From NCBI GenBank assembly GCA_958296055.1, contig CATQHS010000001.1, positions 23,570 through 87,569 of the forward strand: a stretch of DNA of 64,000 nt, in the 5' to 3' direction. The DNA comes from an uncultured Acidimicrobiales bacterium (GTDB lineage: Bacteria > Actinomycetota > Acidimicrobiia > Acidimicrobiales > Aldehydirespiratoraceae). Shown here one piece after another: positions 28,110-38,327 of the stretch (positions within the stretch are counted from its first letter, which is position 1; the number at the start of each line of letters is the position of its first letter). Under the pieces are notes generated by a model. That model ran no database searches. It saw only the letters and a list, made by a program, of their open reading frames with translations, and was not told the origin of the DNA. Made by a program: the position numbers and the translations under genes.

Positions 28110-28942
28110 TGGCTGGACGACTGTTGGGTGATGATGGCGCGAGGCCGCTGGCCGACTCCGGGTGACGATCGATCAGGGGCGGCTGTGGATGAGGTGTGGA
28201 AATCCGGGAGTCGTGTGGGGATTTCTCTTCGATTCGGAGGATGGGGCTGGGGATTTCGCATTTCGGGTTGACTCGGCCGGCCGCAGGCACCATGATGCCG
28301 ATCGTCCGAGGCGAGCAGCGCTTCTGGTAATCGACTCGATCTGTAAGGCGCAAGCCGGTAAGGACCGAGCCGGGGCCGGAGGAGCGGTCCGCGGAGGACA
28401 CGGCCGCCAGGCCGGCTCCCAGGAGCCGGCGGGTCGACCGGGCGCACGGCGACCGGTTCCGGGCCAGGGCTCCGAACCTCACCGGATCGGCGTCCGAGAC
28501 CGGAGACGGGTTCCATCTCGCCGGGAAGCCGGAGGCCGCCCCCACCTCGAGGAAGGGGCGAGCCATCGGAAACCTCTTCTCGGATGGGAGCGCCGGATCG
28601 AGCCGGAGCTGTCCGGATCCCGACGGGGGATCGGAACGGCCCGGGTCGAGACGAGGCGCCGACGGGCGCTGCCGGGAGATTCGGGTCCACGGATCGCACG
28701 ACGTGCGCTCCGGGGGCCAGGGCCGGGGCCAGGATCAGCCCCCGGCTCCGATGGTTGCATCGTCCTCAGGAAGGTGCGGCCGGTGGCAGGCCTTCGAAGC
28801 CCCGAGAAGTTGACCGGGTTCCGATCCGGGAGGCTGCTCGGGGCTTCGTCGCGCCGCCGGGCGTGTACGCTGAACCGCCTCGCGGTCGCTAACGGCTCCG
28901 TGGCTCATGACACCATGGCCCGACACTGAGGTACATGACTCC

Positions 28943-30385
28943 ATGGCGCAGGACACCGGTGCGGCGGACGGGCCCGGTCCGGTCATCATCGGCGCCGGTC
29001 CCGCCGGGCTGACCGCGGCTTACCAACTGGCCAAGCGCGGCGTCCGCTCCACCGTCCTGGAAGCCGACGGGCAGGTGGGCGGGCTGTCCCGGACCGTGGT
29101 CCGAGACGGCTGGCGCTTCGACATCGGGGGCCACCGGTTCTTCACCAAGGTCAAAGCGGTGTCGGACCTCTGGCACGAGATCCTGGGCCCCGAGGACTTT
29201 CTGGTCCGACCCCGGCTGAGCCGCATCTACTACCGCGGCAAGTTCTACAACTACCCCCTCGACGTGCGCAACGCCTTGGGGAACCTGGGCTTGGCCGAGA
29301 CGGCCCGCTGCGCGGCGTCCTATCTCTGGGTCCGGCTGCGCCCGCCCGCCGACCGGTCCACCTTCGAGGGCTTCACCGCGGCCCGATTCGGCTGGCGGCT
29401 CTACCGGACCTTCTTCAAGGGCTACACCGAGAAGGTGTGGGGCGTCTCCGCCGACGAGATCCAGGCCGACTGGGCCGCCCAGCGAATAAAGAACCTCAAC
29501 CTGTTTCGGGCCGCCCTCAACGGGCTCCTCCCCCGCCGCAAGCCGACCGGCATCACCAGCCTCATAGAGCAGTTCCACTACCCCCGCCACGGGCCGGGGA
29601 TGATGTGGGAGCGCTGCGCCGAACTGGTCTCGGCCCGCGGGTCCCAAGTCCGGCTGGACCATCGGGTCCAGACCGTGCACCACCGCGGGGGCCGGGCCGC
29701 CGCCGTGCTGGCGGAGGGCCCCGGCGGGGACCTGGAGTTGGCCCTCACTCACGTGGTGTCGTCCATGCCGATCTCCGGGCTGGTTCAGGCCATGGCACCG
29801 GCGCCGCCCGGCCCCGTCCTCGACGCCGCCCGGGCCCTCGGCTACCGGGACTTCCTGACCGTGGCGCTGGTGGTCCCCGCCGACCGGGTCTTCCCCGACA
29901 ACTGGATCTACGTCCACGAGCCCGACGTGGCGGTGGGCCGGATCCAGAACTTCGGGGCCTGGTCCCCCGCCATGGTCCGCGACGAGGGCTGGACCTGTCT
30001 GGGCCTGGAGTACTTCGTGTTCGAGGGGGACGAGCTGTGGTCGGCCTCCGACGATGATCTGGTGGAGCGGGCCAAGCGGGAGCTAGACCGGCTCGGGCTG
30101 ATGTCCGCCACCGACGTGCGGGCCGGCTACGTGGTCCGGGTGCCCAAGGCCTACCCGATGTACGACGCCGGCTACCGGGACAACATTCAGACGCTGCGGG
30201 CCTGGCTCTCTGAGCACGCCGCCAACGTCTGGCCGGTCGGCCGCAACGGGATGCACCGCTACAACAACCAGGACCACTCGATGTTCACGGCCATGCTGGC
30301 GGTGGAGAACATAGTGAGCGGCGCCGGCCACGACATCTGGGCCGTGAACGTCGAGGCCGAGTACCACGAGGAGCTCCACGACTGA
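28943..30385 (+). CDS. FAD-dependent oxidoreductase (UDP-galactopyranose mutase/PPO-like superfamily)
   Basis: IIGAGPAGL, GGLSRT, FDIGGHRFFTK, YTEKVWG, KAYPMY, GRNGMHRYNNQDHSM. Confidence 0.88.
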   Translation: MAQDTGAADGPGPVIIGAGPAGLTAAYQLAKRGVRSTVLEADGQVGGLSRTVVRDGWRFDIGGHRFFTKVKAVSDLWHEILGPEDFLVRPRLSRIYYRGKFYNYPLDVRNALGNLGLAETARCAASYLWVRLRPPADRSTFEGFTAARFGWRLYRTFFKGYTEKVWGVSADEIQADWAAQRIKNLNLFRAALNGLLPRRKPTGITSLIEQFHYPRHGPGMMWERCAELVSARGSQVRLDHRVQTVHHRGGRAAAVLAEGPGGDLELALTHVVSSMPISGLVQAMAPAPPGPVLDAARALGYRDFLTVALVVPADRVFPDNWIYVHEPDVAVGRIQNFGAWSPAMVRDEGWTCLGLEYFVFEGDELWSASDDDLVERAKRELDRLGLMSATDVRAGYVVRVPKAYPMYDAGYRDNIQTLRAWLSEHAANVWPVGRNGMHRYNNQDHSMFTAMLAVENIVSGAGHDIWAVNVEAEYHEELHD

Positions 30386-31155
30386 TGTCTGGCGCCGACT
30401 TGACGCCCCGCACCGACTTGATGTCTGGCGGCGACTTGACGCCCCGCACCGTCGTGGTCGTCCCGGCCTACAACGAGTCCGAGGCCCTGCCCGGCGTGCT
30501 GGCCGAACTGGACGCCGAAGTGCCTGACCTCGATGTGGTGGTGGTTGACGACGGATCCGCGGACGGAACCGACCGGGTGGCTCGGTCGGCCGGCGTCGTC
30601 TGCGTTCGACTGCCCTTCAACATGGGCCTAGGCGGCGCCCTGCGAACGGGGTTCCGGTACGCGGTGGACCGCGGTTACGACCGGGTGGTGCAGGTCGACG
30701 GCGACGGCCAGCACCGGGCCGCTCATGTCCAGCGGCTTCTGGACGCCATGGACGAGGGGGCCGATCTGGTCATCGGCAACCGGTTCGCAGGCGGCGACTA
30801 CCGGGTGGGGCGCACCCGCAGCCTGGCCATGGCCCTGCTCCGATTGGAGGTGAGGGCCCTATGCCGCCGGCGCTATCGGGACCCCAGCTCGGGGTTCCGA
30901 GGCATAGCCGAGCCCTTGCTGAGCGTCTTCGCCGCCGAATATCCGGTCGAGTTCATGGAGTCGGTCGAATCGCTGGTGGCGGCCACTCGGGCCGGCTACC
31001 GGGTGGTCGAGGTGCCGGTGGAGATGGACCGTCGGGTCAGCGGGGTCCCCTCCACCCGCGGGGTCCATCTCGCATACCACTACGCCCGCTTGGCCGTGTC
31101 CTTGGTGAGCAGGCCCCACCGGTTCCCGGCCCGGGAAACCGTCGCCGATTCGTGA
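30385..31155 (+). CDS. GT2 glycosyltransferase (polyprenol-phosphate glycosyltransferase/DPM1-like)
   Basis: VPAYNE, VDDGSADGT, QVDGDGQH, DPSSGFR. Confidence 0.92.
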   Translation: MSGADLTPRTDLMSGGDLTPRTVVVVPAYNESEALPGVLAELDAEVPDLDVVVVDDGSADGTDRVARSAGVVCVRLPFNMGLGGALRTGFRYAVDRGYDRVVQVDGDGQHRAAHVQRLLDAMDEGADLVIGNRFAGGDYRVGRTRSLAMALLRLEVRALCRRRYRDPSSGFRGIAEPLLSVFAAEYPVEFMESVESLVAATRAGYRVVEVPVEMDRRVSGVPSTRGVHLAYHYARLAVSLVSRPHRFPARETVADS

Positions 31156-31165
31156 GCATGGCTGA

Positions 31166-32323
31166 ATGAGACCCGAGGCGGCCCGGATCGCCGCCCTGGC
31201 CGCCGGGGCCGGGCTGGGCCGCATCCACATCCTGGCCTGGCGGGACTTGGACGACGCCGAGGCCGGAGGGTCGGAGATCCACGCCGACCGGGTGGCCCGC
31301 CGGTGGGCCGAGGCCGGCATCGAGGTCACCATGCGCACGTCAAGAGCGGCCGGCGCGCCCGAGGCAGCCGGCCGGGCCGGTTACCGGGTGGTGCGCCGGG
31401 CCGGGCGGTACGCGGTCTTCCCCCGGGCGGCCTTGGCCGAGATCGGCGGCCGCCACGGACCCCGCGACGGGCTGGTGGAGATATGGAACGGGGTGCCGTT
31501 TTTCGCGCCGGTGTGGGCCCGGGGGCCTCGGATCACCTGGCTTCATCACGCCCACACCGACATGTGGCCGATGGTCATGGGCCGCCAGCTGGCGGCCTTC
31601 GGCCAGATGCTCGAGCGCGACCTCGCGCCCCTGCTCTACCGGCGGACGGCGATCGTCACCCTGTCGCCGTCGTCACGCGATCATCTGATCGACAGCTTCG
31701 GGTTCCCGTCCAACCGGGTCCGAGTGGTGGCCCCCGGCATCGACGAGCGGCTCCAGCCCGGAGGGGCCCGGAGCGAGCGGCCGCTGCTGGTGGCCGTGGC
31801 CCGGCTCCTGCCCCACAAGGGCTTGGACCGGGTGATCCGGATCGCGGCTCAGCTCCGCCGACGCCACGACCTGAGGCTGGTCATCGCCGGCGAGGGCTAC
31901 CATCGGGATCGCTTGGAGAGGCTGGTGGACGACCTCGGCGCCGGTTCGTGGTGCGAGCTGGCCGGCCGGGTCGACGACGAGACCAAGATCGGCCTCTACC
32001 GGCGGGCCTGGGTGCTGGTGAGCGCTTCGGTCAGCGAGGGCTGGGGCATGACCGTCACCGAAGCGGCCGCCTGCGGCACCCCGGCCGTGGCCAGCCGTAT
32101 CCCGGGCCATCTCGACGCCGTCGCCGACGGGGTCACCGGCCATCTGGCCGGCGGCGACGAAGAGTTCGCGGCCGCGCTCGAACGGGTCATAGTTGACCCC
32201 GAGCACCGCCGGCGCCTGGGCGCGGCCGCTCTGAAGCGCTCGGCTGACTACACCTGGGAGCGCACCGCCCACGACACCCTGGCGGTGCTGGCCGAGGAGT
32301 CCCGGCGCCGCCGGCGGCGATGA
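31166..32323 (+). CDS. GT4 glycosyltransferase
   Basis: WRD...AGGSE, RLLPHKG, EGWGMTVTEAAACGTP. Confidence 0.92.
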   Translation: MRPEAARIAALAAGAGLGRIHILAWRDLDDAEAGGSEIHADRVARRWAEAGIEVTMRTSRAAGAPEAAGRAGYRVVRRAGRYAVFPRAALAEIGGRHGPRDGLVEIWNGVPFFAPVWARGPRITWLHHAHTDMWPMVMGRQLAAFGQMLERDLAPLLYRRTAIVTLSPSSRDHLIDSFGFPSNRVRVVAPGIDERLQPGGARSERPLLVAVARLLPHKGLDRVIRIAAQLRRRHDLRLVIAGEGYHRDRLERLVDDLGAGSWCELAGRVDDETKIGLYRRAWVLVSASVSEGWGMTVTEAAACGTPAVASRIPGHLDAVADGVTGHLAGGDEEFAAALERVIVDPEHRRRLGAAALKRSADYTWERTAHDTLAVLAEESRRRRRR

Positions 32324-32357
32324 TCCCGAACCGCGGCCGGTCCCCAGCCCGGCGGCG

Positions 32358-35300
32358 ATGACCCCCCGATCGCCGCGCCAGGCCGGGGGTTGGAGGCCGC
32401 GGTGGTGGCCGGACCGCTGGACGGTGCTGGTCGCCGTCGCCGCGGGCTACGGGCCGGTGATGGCTTCGAGCCCGGGCTGGGTCTCCGCCGACACCAAGAC
32501 CTACCTGTATCTGGACCCGGGCCGCCTGCTGGCCCGGGCCCCCACCCTGTGGGACGCGGACCGGGCCCTCGGCACCGTCACCCACCAGAACATCGGCTAC
32601 TTGTGGCCGATGGGGCCCTTCTACTGGCTCACCGACGCCCTGGGCTGTCCCGACTGGCTGGCCCAGCGGCTGTGGCTGGGCACGCTGCTGGCCGCGGCCG
32701 GGCTCGGGGTGCGGTACTTGCTGCGCACCATGGGCTGGGAGGGCCGGGGGCTGCTTATAGCCGTCTTGGCCTACGAGCTGAGCCCGTACCTGCTGCACTA
32801 CTCGGCCCGTATCTCCATAGTCCTGGCCCCCTGGGCCGGGTTGGGCTGGCTGATCGGGCTCACGGTCAAGTCGGCCCGAGTCGGCGGGTGGCGGTACCCG
32901 GCCTTGTTCGCCTTGGCCGCGGTCACAGTCGGAAGCGTCAACGCCACCAGCCTGGCGCTGGCCGGGCTGGCCCCGGCGCTGTGGCTGGCCCACGCGGTGT
33001 GGGTGGAGCGCAGCGTCGCCTTCCGGCGGGCCGGGGCCGCCGCCGGCCGCATCGGCCTGCTCACCGCGGGGGTGTCGCTGTGGTGGATGGCCGGGCTGGC
33101 CGTCCAGGGCGCGTTCAGCTTGCCGGTCACCCGCTACACCGAGAGCTACAAGGCGGTAGCCGACGCCAGCACCGCCCCCGAGATCCTGCGCGGGCTCGGC
33201 TACTGGTTCTTCTACGGCAACGACAAGCTCGGCCCCTGGATCGAGCCCAGCGTCGACTACACCCAGGGCCTCTGGCTGGTGTTCGTCAGCTTCGGGCTGG
33301 TGGTCGGGACCCTGGCGCTGGCCGCGGCCCTTCGCTGGCGGCACCGCGGCTACTTTCTGCTCCTGCTGGCCGTAGGGGCCTTGATCGGGGTGGGCGCCCA
33401 CCCCTGGGACGGCTCGTCGCCGGCCGGGGCCCTGTTCAAGGCCTTCACCCGCACCGATGCCGGCCTGGCCCTGCGGTCCACCCCCCGGGCCGTTCCGCTG
33501 GTGGCGCTGTCGGTGGCGGTGCTGGCCGCGGCCGGCGTCAACGCCCTGTGGCGGCGGATGCCCCGGCTCGGCTCGGCGGTCGGCGCCGGGGTGCTGCTGG
33601 CCGTGGTGCTCAACAACCCGGCCATGTGGAAGGTCCGCATGGTCGAGGAGCACCTGCGCCGCCCCGAGCACTTGCCCGAGTACTGGCTGGAGGCCGCCGC
33701 CGACTTGGACCGGGCCGGTCCGGGCCGGGTGTGGGAGGTGCCCGGCTCGGACTTCGCCTCCTACCGGTGGGGCAACACCGTGGACCCGATCACCCCCGGC
33801 CTGATCGACCGGGGCTACGCGGCCCGGGAGCTGGTCCCCTTCGGCTCGGCCCAATCGGCGGCCCTGCTCACGGCAGTGGACCGGAGGCTCCAAGAGGGGA
33901 CGCTGGCAGCCGAGAGCCTCACCCCGGTGGCCCGGCTCATGGGGGCGAGCGAGATCGCGCACCGGGCCGACCTGATCTTCGAGCGGTTCCGGACCCCGCG
34001 CCCACCGGAGACGGCGGCTCTGCTGAAGCTGGCCCCGGGCCTGAGGGAGGTGGCGGCCTACGGCGACCCGGTCCCCAACGAGGCCGGCCCCGAGCAGACC
34101 ATGATCGACGAGATCCACCTGGCCCGGCCCCCCGGCACCGTCCACCCCGCTCCGGTGACCAGATTCGGGGTGGCCGACCCCCGGCCCATGGTGGGGACCC
34201 GGTCCGCGGCCTCGGCTGTGGTGGTGATCGGAGACGCCGACGGCATCGTGGACGCGGCCGCGGCCGGCGTTGTGGACTTCACCGGCGCCAGCCCGCTCTT
34301 CTTCGCCGCCGACTTGGTGAGCGCCCCCGAGCTGGCCGAGAGGGTTCTGGGCGCCGACGGCCCGGGCGAGCCCGCCGACATCGTGGTGACCGACAGCAAC
34401 CGGCGCCGGGCCCAGCGCTGGGGAACGCTGCGCGAGAACCGGGGCTACACCGAGATGGCGGGCGAGACCCCCCTGGTTTATGACCCCACCGACAACCGCC
34501 TGGCCGGGTTCGGGGCCGATCCGACCGACGACACCCGGACGGTGAGCGAGCAGCGGGGCCCGGTCGCAGCCCGGGCCACCGCCTACGGCAACCCGGTCAC
34601 CTACACCGCCGACGACCGCCCCGCCTTGGCCGTCGACGGCTCGCCGGCCACGGCCTGGGTGGTCGGCGCTTTCAGCGACCCCCGGGGCGAGGTCCTGCGG
34701 CTGGAGTTGGCCGAGCCCGGCCCGGTGGCCGCCGTGAGGCTGCTCCAGCCCCCGGGCCCGGCCAACCGCCGCATCACCGAAGTCGAGATCCGGGCCGACG
34801 GCCGGGCCGCGGGCCCCTTCGCCTTAGATGAGCGCTCGCGGGCCGAGCCGGGCCAGAGCGTGGCTCTGGGGGTGGAGGCCTCGGTGATCGAGATCGAGAT
34901 CACCGCCACCGACCTGGACCGGCTGAGGACCTATCCCGGCATCGACCCGGTCGGCTTCGCCGAGGTCGACCTGGGTCTGGGGCCGACCGCCGAAGTGATC
35001 CGCACTCCTCGAGCCCTCATGGACCGGCTCGGCGAAGACCTCGATCACCACGACTTGGCCGTTGTGTTGACCCGGGAGCGCTCCGATCCCCGCGAGCCGG
35101 TGCGCGCCGACCCCGAGCCCGGCATGGTCCGGGCCGTACCACTGCCCGTCGGGCGGCAGGCGACCCTGCGGGGCACGGCCCGGCTGTCGGCCCTGGCCCC
35201 GTCGCCGGTCATCGACGGTCTGCTGGGGCTGGGGACGGCCCCGGTGACGGCCACATCGTCAGACAAGCTGGCCGGAGATTTGCCCAGCCGAGCCTCGGCG

Positions 35301-36794
35301 GTGCTGGACGGAGACCCGGCCACGGCCTGGACCGCCGGCTTCGGCCCTCAAACCGGCCGATGGATCGAGTTCACCCTCGCCGCGCCAACCCTCGACCCGA
35401 CGCTCGACCAAGACGCCCCGCCCGGCGCAGGGGTCGGGGCTGAGATCGACGTCGAGGTAGTCGAGGTCGATGTGGTGACCGACCGATTTCACTCGGTCCC
35501 GGCCGCGGTGGAGGTGCTGGTCGACGGCGTCTCCGCCGGCGTCTTCGCCACCGGCCTGTCGGCCGACGACGCCTCGGCCGCCGCGCCCCTCGACTCGACG
35601 GCCACGGTATCGATCCCGGTGAGAGCCTCGGGGCGGACGATCCGGCTGGCGGTGGCCGAGGTGAGCGAGCGGCTGACCCGGGACTGGTACAGCAACACCT
35701 TCCAGCCCCTGCCCGTGTCCATCGCCGAGGTGCGCCTGGGCGCCGAGCCCGTACGGCTGGGGTCCCCGGCCCCGGTGGACACCGGCTGCCGGGACGACCT
35801 GGTGCGGGTGAACGGCCGCCCGGCGCCGGTGCGGGTCACTGGGCCGGCCGCCGCCGCCGAGGCCCGTCGCCGTCTCGATCTGGAGGGCTGCGAGCCGGTG
35901 ACCCTCGCCGCTGGCGAGACCCTGGTGGTCACCGCTTCGGGGGCCGACACCGGCATCGACGTGGACCAGCTCGTGTTCTCCAGCCCCGCCCCCGCCCCCC
36001 CGGCGCCGGGCCCGGCGCCGGTTTCGGCCGCCGGAGCCGGGGTGGTCGAGGTGCAGCGCCACCGCGACACCAGCTTCACCGCCACCGTGCCCGGGTCGGA
36101 AACGGGCCGCTGGCTGGTGCTGGGCCAGAGCCACAACCGGGGCTGGCAGGCCGTGGCCGACGGGGTCGACCTGGGCGAGCCGGTGGTGATCGACGGCTAC
36201 GCCAACGGCTGGTGGCTGCCCGCCGGAGCCGAGACCGCGGTGCAACTGCGCTGGCGGCCCCAGCGCCTGGTGGACATAGCCCTAGCCCTGTCGGCTGTCT
36301 TCGTCGTGCTCACAATCGGACTGGCCTGGCGAGGCCGCCGCGGCCCCGACCTCTCAGACCCCCCCGGGTCGCCCCTTCCCCGTCTCCCCGAGCTGGTCTG
36401 GCCCTTCTTCGAACCCCAGCGCCAGCCCCAAGCAGCCCGGGCCTCCCGGCGCGCCGCCGCCGCAGCCGGCCTGGTCACCGCCGCCATAGCCGCCGTCACC
36501 CTCCCCCAGTGGCCCACATGGCTGCCCGCGTCACTAGCGCTGGGCGCAATCGCCGTCATCTCCCTCCGCTGGCAACGAGGCTCGGCGCTGCCCCTAGCCG
36601 CGGCGGCCGCCTCCCTCGGAGCGGCCGCCGCCTGGATCATGGTCTCCCAACGCCGCTTCCGCCACCCCCCCGACTTCGACTGGCCCCAGCGTTTCCAAGA
36701 AGTCCACATCCTAGGAATGGCCACCATCCTCCTAGCCGCCATCACCTACATCCAAGAATTCACCACCCGCCCGGCCGGGGAACGAAAACGCTAA
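32358..36794 (+). CDS. aftD: AftD-like (DUF3367) GT-C arabinofuranosyltransferase with carbohydrate-binding modules
   Basis: 1478 aa; ADTKTYLYLDP, HQNIGYLWP, WLAQRLW, multi-TM N-terminus, DG-PATAW CBM repeats, NRGWQA...DGYANGWWLP. Confidence 0.88.
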   Translation: MTPRSPRQAGGWRPRWWPDRWTVLVAVAAGYGPVMASSPGWVSADTKTYLYLDPGRLLARAPTLWDADRALGTVTHQNIGYLWPMGPFYWLTDALGCPDWLAQRLWLGTLLAAAGLGVRYLLRTMGWEGRGLLIAVLAYELSPYLLHYSARISIVLAPWAGLGWLIGLTVKSARVGGWRYPALFALAAVTVGSVNATSLALAGLAPALWLAHAVWVERSVAFRRAGAAAGRIGLLTAGVSLWWMAGLAVQGAFSLPVTRYTESYKAVADASTAPEILRGLGYWFFYGNDKLGPWIEPSVDYTQGLWLVFVSFGLVVGTLALAAALRWRHRGYFLLLLAVGALIGVGAHPWDGSSPAGALFKAFTRTDAGLALRSTPRAVPLVALSVAVLAAAGVNALWRRMPRLGSAVGAGVLLAVVLNNPAMWKVRMVEEHLRRPEHLPEYWLEAAADLDRAGPGRVWEVPGSDFASYRWGNTVDPITPGLIDRGYAARELVPFGSAQSAALLTAVDRRLQEGTLAAESLTPVARLMGASEIAHRADLIFERFRTPRPPETAALLKLAPGLREVAAYGDPVPNEAGPEQTMIDEIHLARPPGTVHPAPVTRFGVADPRPMVGTRSAASAVVVIGDADGIVDAAAAGVVDFTGASPLFFAADLVSAPELAERVLGADGPGEPADIVVTDSNRRRAQRWGTLRENRGYTEMAGETPLVYDPTDNRLAGFGADPTDDTRTVSEQRGPVAARATAYGNPVTYTADDRPALAVDGSPATAWVVGAFSDPRGEVLRLELAEPGPVAAVRLLQPPGPANRRITEVEIRADGRAAGPFALDERSRAEPGQSVALGVEASVIEIEITATDLDRLRTYPGIDPVGFAEVDLGLGPTAEVIRTPRALMDRLGEDLDHHDLAVVLTRERSDPREPVRADPEPGMVRAVPLPVGRQATLRGTARLSALAPSPVIDGLLGLGTAPVTATSSDKLAGDLPSRASAVLDGDPATAWTAGFGPQTGRWIEFTLAAPTLDPTLDQDAPPGAGVGAEIDVEVVEVDVVTDRFHSVPAAVEVLVDGVSAGVFATGLSADDASAAAPLDSTATVSIPVRASGRTIRLAVAEVSERLTRDWYSNTFQPLPVSIAEVRLGAEPVRLGSPAPVDTGCRDDLVRVNGRPAPVRVTGPAAAAEARRRLDLEGCEPVTLAAGETLVVTASGADTGIDVDQLVFSSPAPAPPAPGPAPVSAAGAGVVEVQRHRDTSFTATVPGSETGRWLVLGQSHNRGWQAVADGVDLGEPVVIDGYANGWWLPAGAETAVQLRWRPQRLVDIALALSAVFVVLTIGLAWRGRRGPDLSDPPGSPLPRLPELVWPFFEPQRQPQAARASRRAAAAAGLVTAAIAAVTLPQWPTWLPASLALGAIAVISLRWQRGSALPLAAAAASLGAAAAWIMVSQRRFRHPPDFDWPQRFQEVHILGMATILLAAITYIQEFTTRPAGERKR

Positions 36795-36803
36795 ACCAAA
36801 GCC

Positions 36804-38267
36804 TCAAGCCAAAGGCATAGAAGTCGGGCTAACAGGCGCAGGCAGATCCCCCGCCCCGCCGAGCCCGGCATCCACCGCCGCCGCGCAAGCCCGCCCCTCG
36901 GCAATGGCCCACACGATCAGGCTCTGGCCCCGGCCCATGTCGCCGCACACGTACACCCCGGGCGCGCTCGTCTCCCAGCGCCGGTCCCGGGCCACGTTGC
37001 CCCGCTCGGTCATCTCCACTCCGAGCTGGTCCAGCAGCGGCCCCGGCTCGGGGCCGGTGAACCCCAGGGCCAGCAGCACCAACCGCGCGGGCCATTCCTG
37101 CTCGCTGCCCGGCACCGGCTCGAAGCCCATGCGCCCGTCGGCGAGGGTCTGCTCCACCCGCACCGTCTGCAACCCGGCCAGGTTCCCGGACCCGTCGCCG
37201 ATGAAGGCCACCGTGTTTATGGCGAACTCCCGCTCCCCGCCCTCCTCGTGGGCCGACGACACCCGGTAGACCACCGGCCAGGTCGGCCACGGGTTGGCGC
37301 CGGGCCTCGAGTCGGGGGGCCGGGGCATGATCTCGAACTGCACCACTCGGGCCGCCCCCTGGCGGTGGGCGGTGCCCAGGCAGTCGGCGCCGGTGTCGCC
37401 GCCGCCGATTATCACCACGTCCTTGCCCGCCGCGGTGATCGGCGGCTCGGCTAGGTCGCCCTGCTGGACCCGGTTGGCCCAGGGCAGGTACTCCATGGCC
37501 TGATGGACCCCGGCCAGGTCCCGGCCCGGTATGGGCAGGTCCCTCCAGGCCGCCGCGCCGCCGGCCAGGACCAACGCGTCGTGGCCCGACCGCAGCTCGG
37601 CCCCGGTCACGTCCACGCCCGCCTCCACCCCGGTGCGGAACCGGGTCCCCTCGGCCCTCATCTGGTCCAGGCGCCGGTCGAGGTGGCGCTTCTCCATCTT
37701 GAACTCCGGGATCCCGTACCGCAGCAGACCGCCGAGCCGGTCGGCCCGCTCGAAGACGGTGACGGCGTGGCCGGCCCGGGTGAGCTGCTGGGCCGCGGCC
37801 AACCCGGCCGGCCCCGACCCCACCACCGCCACCGAGGCCCCGGTGGCCGCGGCGGGCGGCTGGGGTGCCACCCAGCCCTCGGCCCAGGCCCGGTCGATGA
37901 TCTCCGCCTCCACCTGCTTGATGGTCACCGGGGGCTCGTTGATGCCGAGCACGCAGGCCTCCTCGCAGGGGGCCGGGCACAGCTTGCCGGTGAACTCCGG
38001 GAAGTTGTTGGTGGCGTGCAGTCGGTCGATGGCGTCGCGCCACGCTCCCCGGTGCACCAGGTCGTTCCAGTCGGGGATGAGGTTGCCCAAGGGGCAGCCG
38101 TTGTTGCAGAACGGGATGCCGCAGTCCATGCAGCGCGACGCCTGCTGGCGCAGCGCCTCGGCCGGGAAGTCCTCGTACACCTCCCGCCAGTCCCGGAGTC
38201 GCACCGGCACCGGGCGGCGCCCGGGCAGGACCCGGTCATGGGTCAGAAAGCCCCGGGGATCGCCCAT
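36804..38267 (-). CDS. gltD: Glutamate synthase small subunit
   Basis: RCMDCGIPFC, NNFPEFTG, GSGPAGL, GGGDTGADC, RGQSLIVWAIAEGR. Confidence 0.97.
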   Translation of the reverse strand: MGDPRGFLTHDRVLPGRRPVPVRLRDWREVYEDFPAEALRQQASRCMDCGIPFCNNGCPLGNLIPDWNDLVHRGAWRDAIDRLHATNNFPEFTGKLCPAPCEEACVLGINEPPVTIKQVEAEIIDRAWAEGWVAPQPPAAATGASVAVVGSGPAGLAAAQQLTRAGHAVTVFERADRLGGLLRYGIPEFKMEKRHLDRRLDQMRAEGTRFRTGVEAGVDVTGAELRSGHDALVLAGGAAAWRDLPIPGRDLAGVHQAMEYLPWANRVQQGDLAEPPITAAGKDVVIIGGGDTGADCLGTAHRQGAARVVQFEIMPRPPDSRPGANPWPTWPVVYRVSSAHEEGGEREFAINTVAFIGDGSGNLAGLQTVRVEQTLADGRMGFEPVPGSEQEWPARLVLLALGFTGPEPGPLLDQLGVEMTERGNVARDRRWETSAPGVYVCGDMGRGQSLIVWAIAEGRACAAAVDAGLGGAGDLPAPVSPTSMPLA

Positions 38268-38327
38268 CAGCCGCCCGCCAGTCCAGGCGGAGGGGTCAGC
38301 CGGTCGCCCATGGCCGCAGCGGCCGTC

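Noticed and set aside
28186-28203. DnaA-box-like TGTGGATGA/TGTGGAAAT
   Set aside because: Only two imperfect matches, with no dnaA or AT-rich unwinding region.
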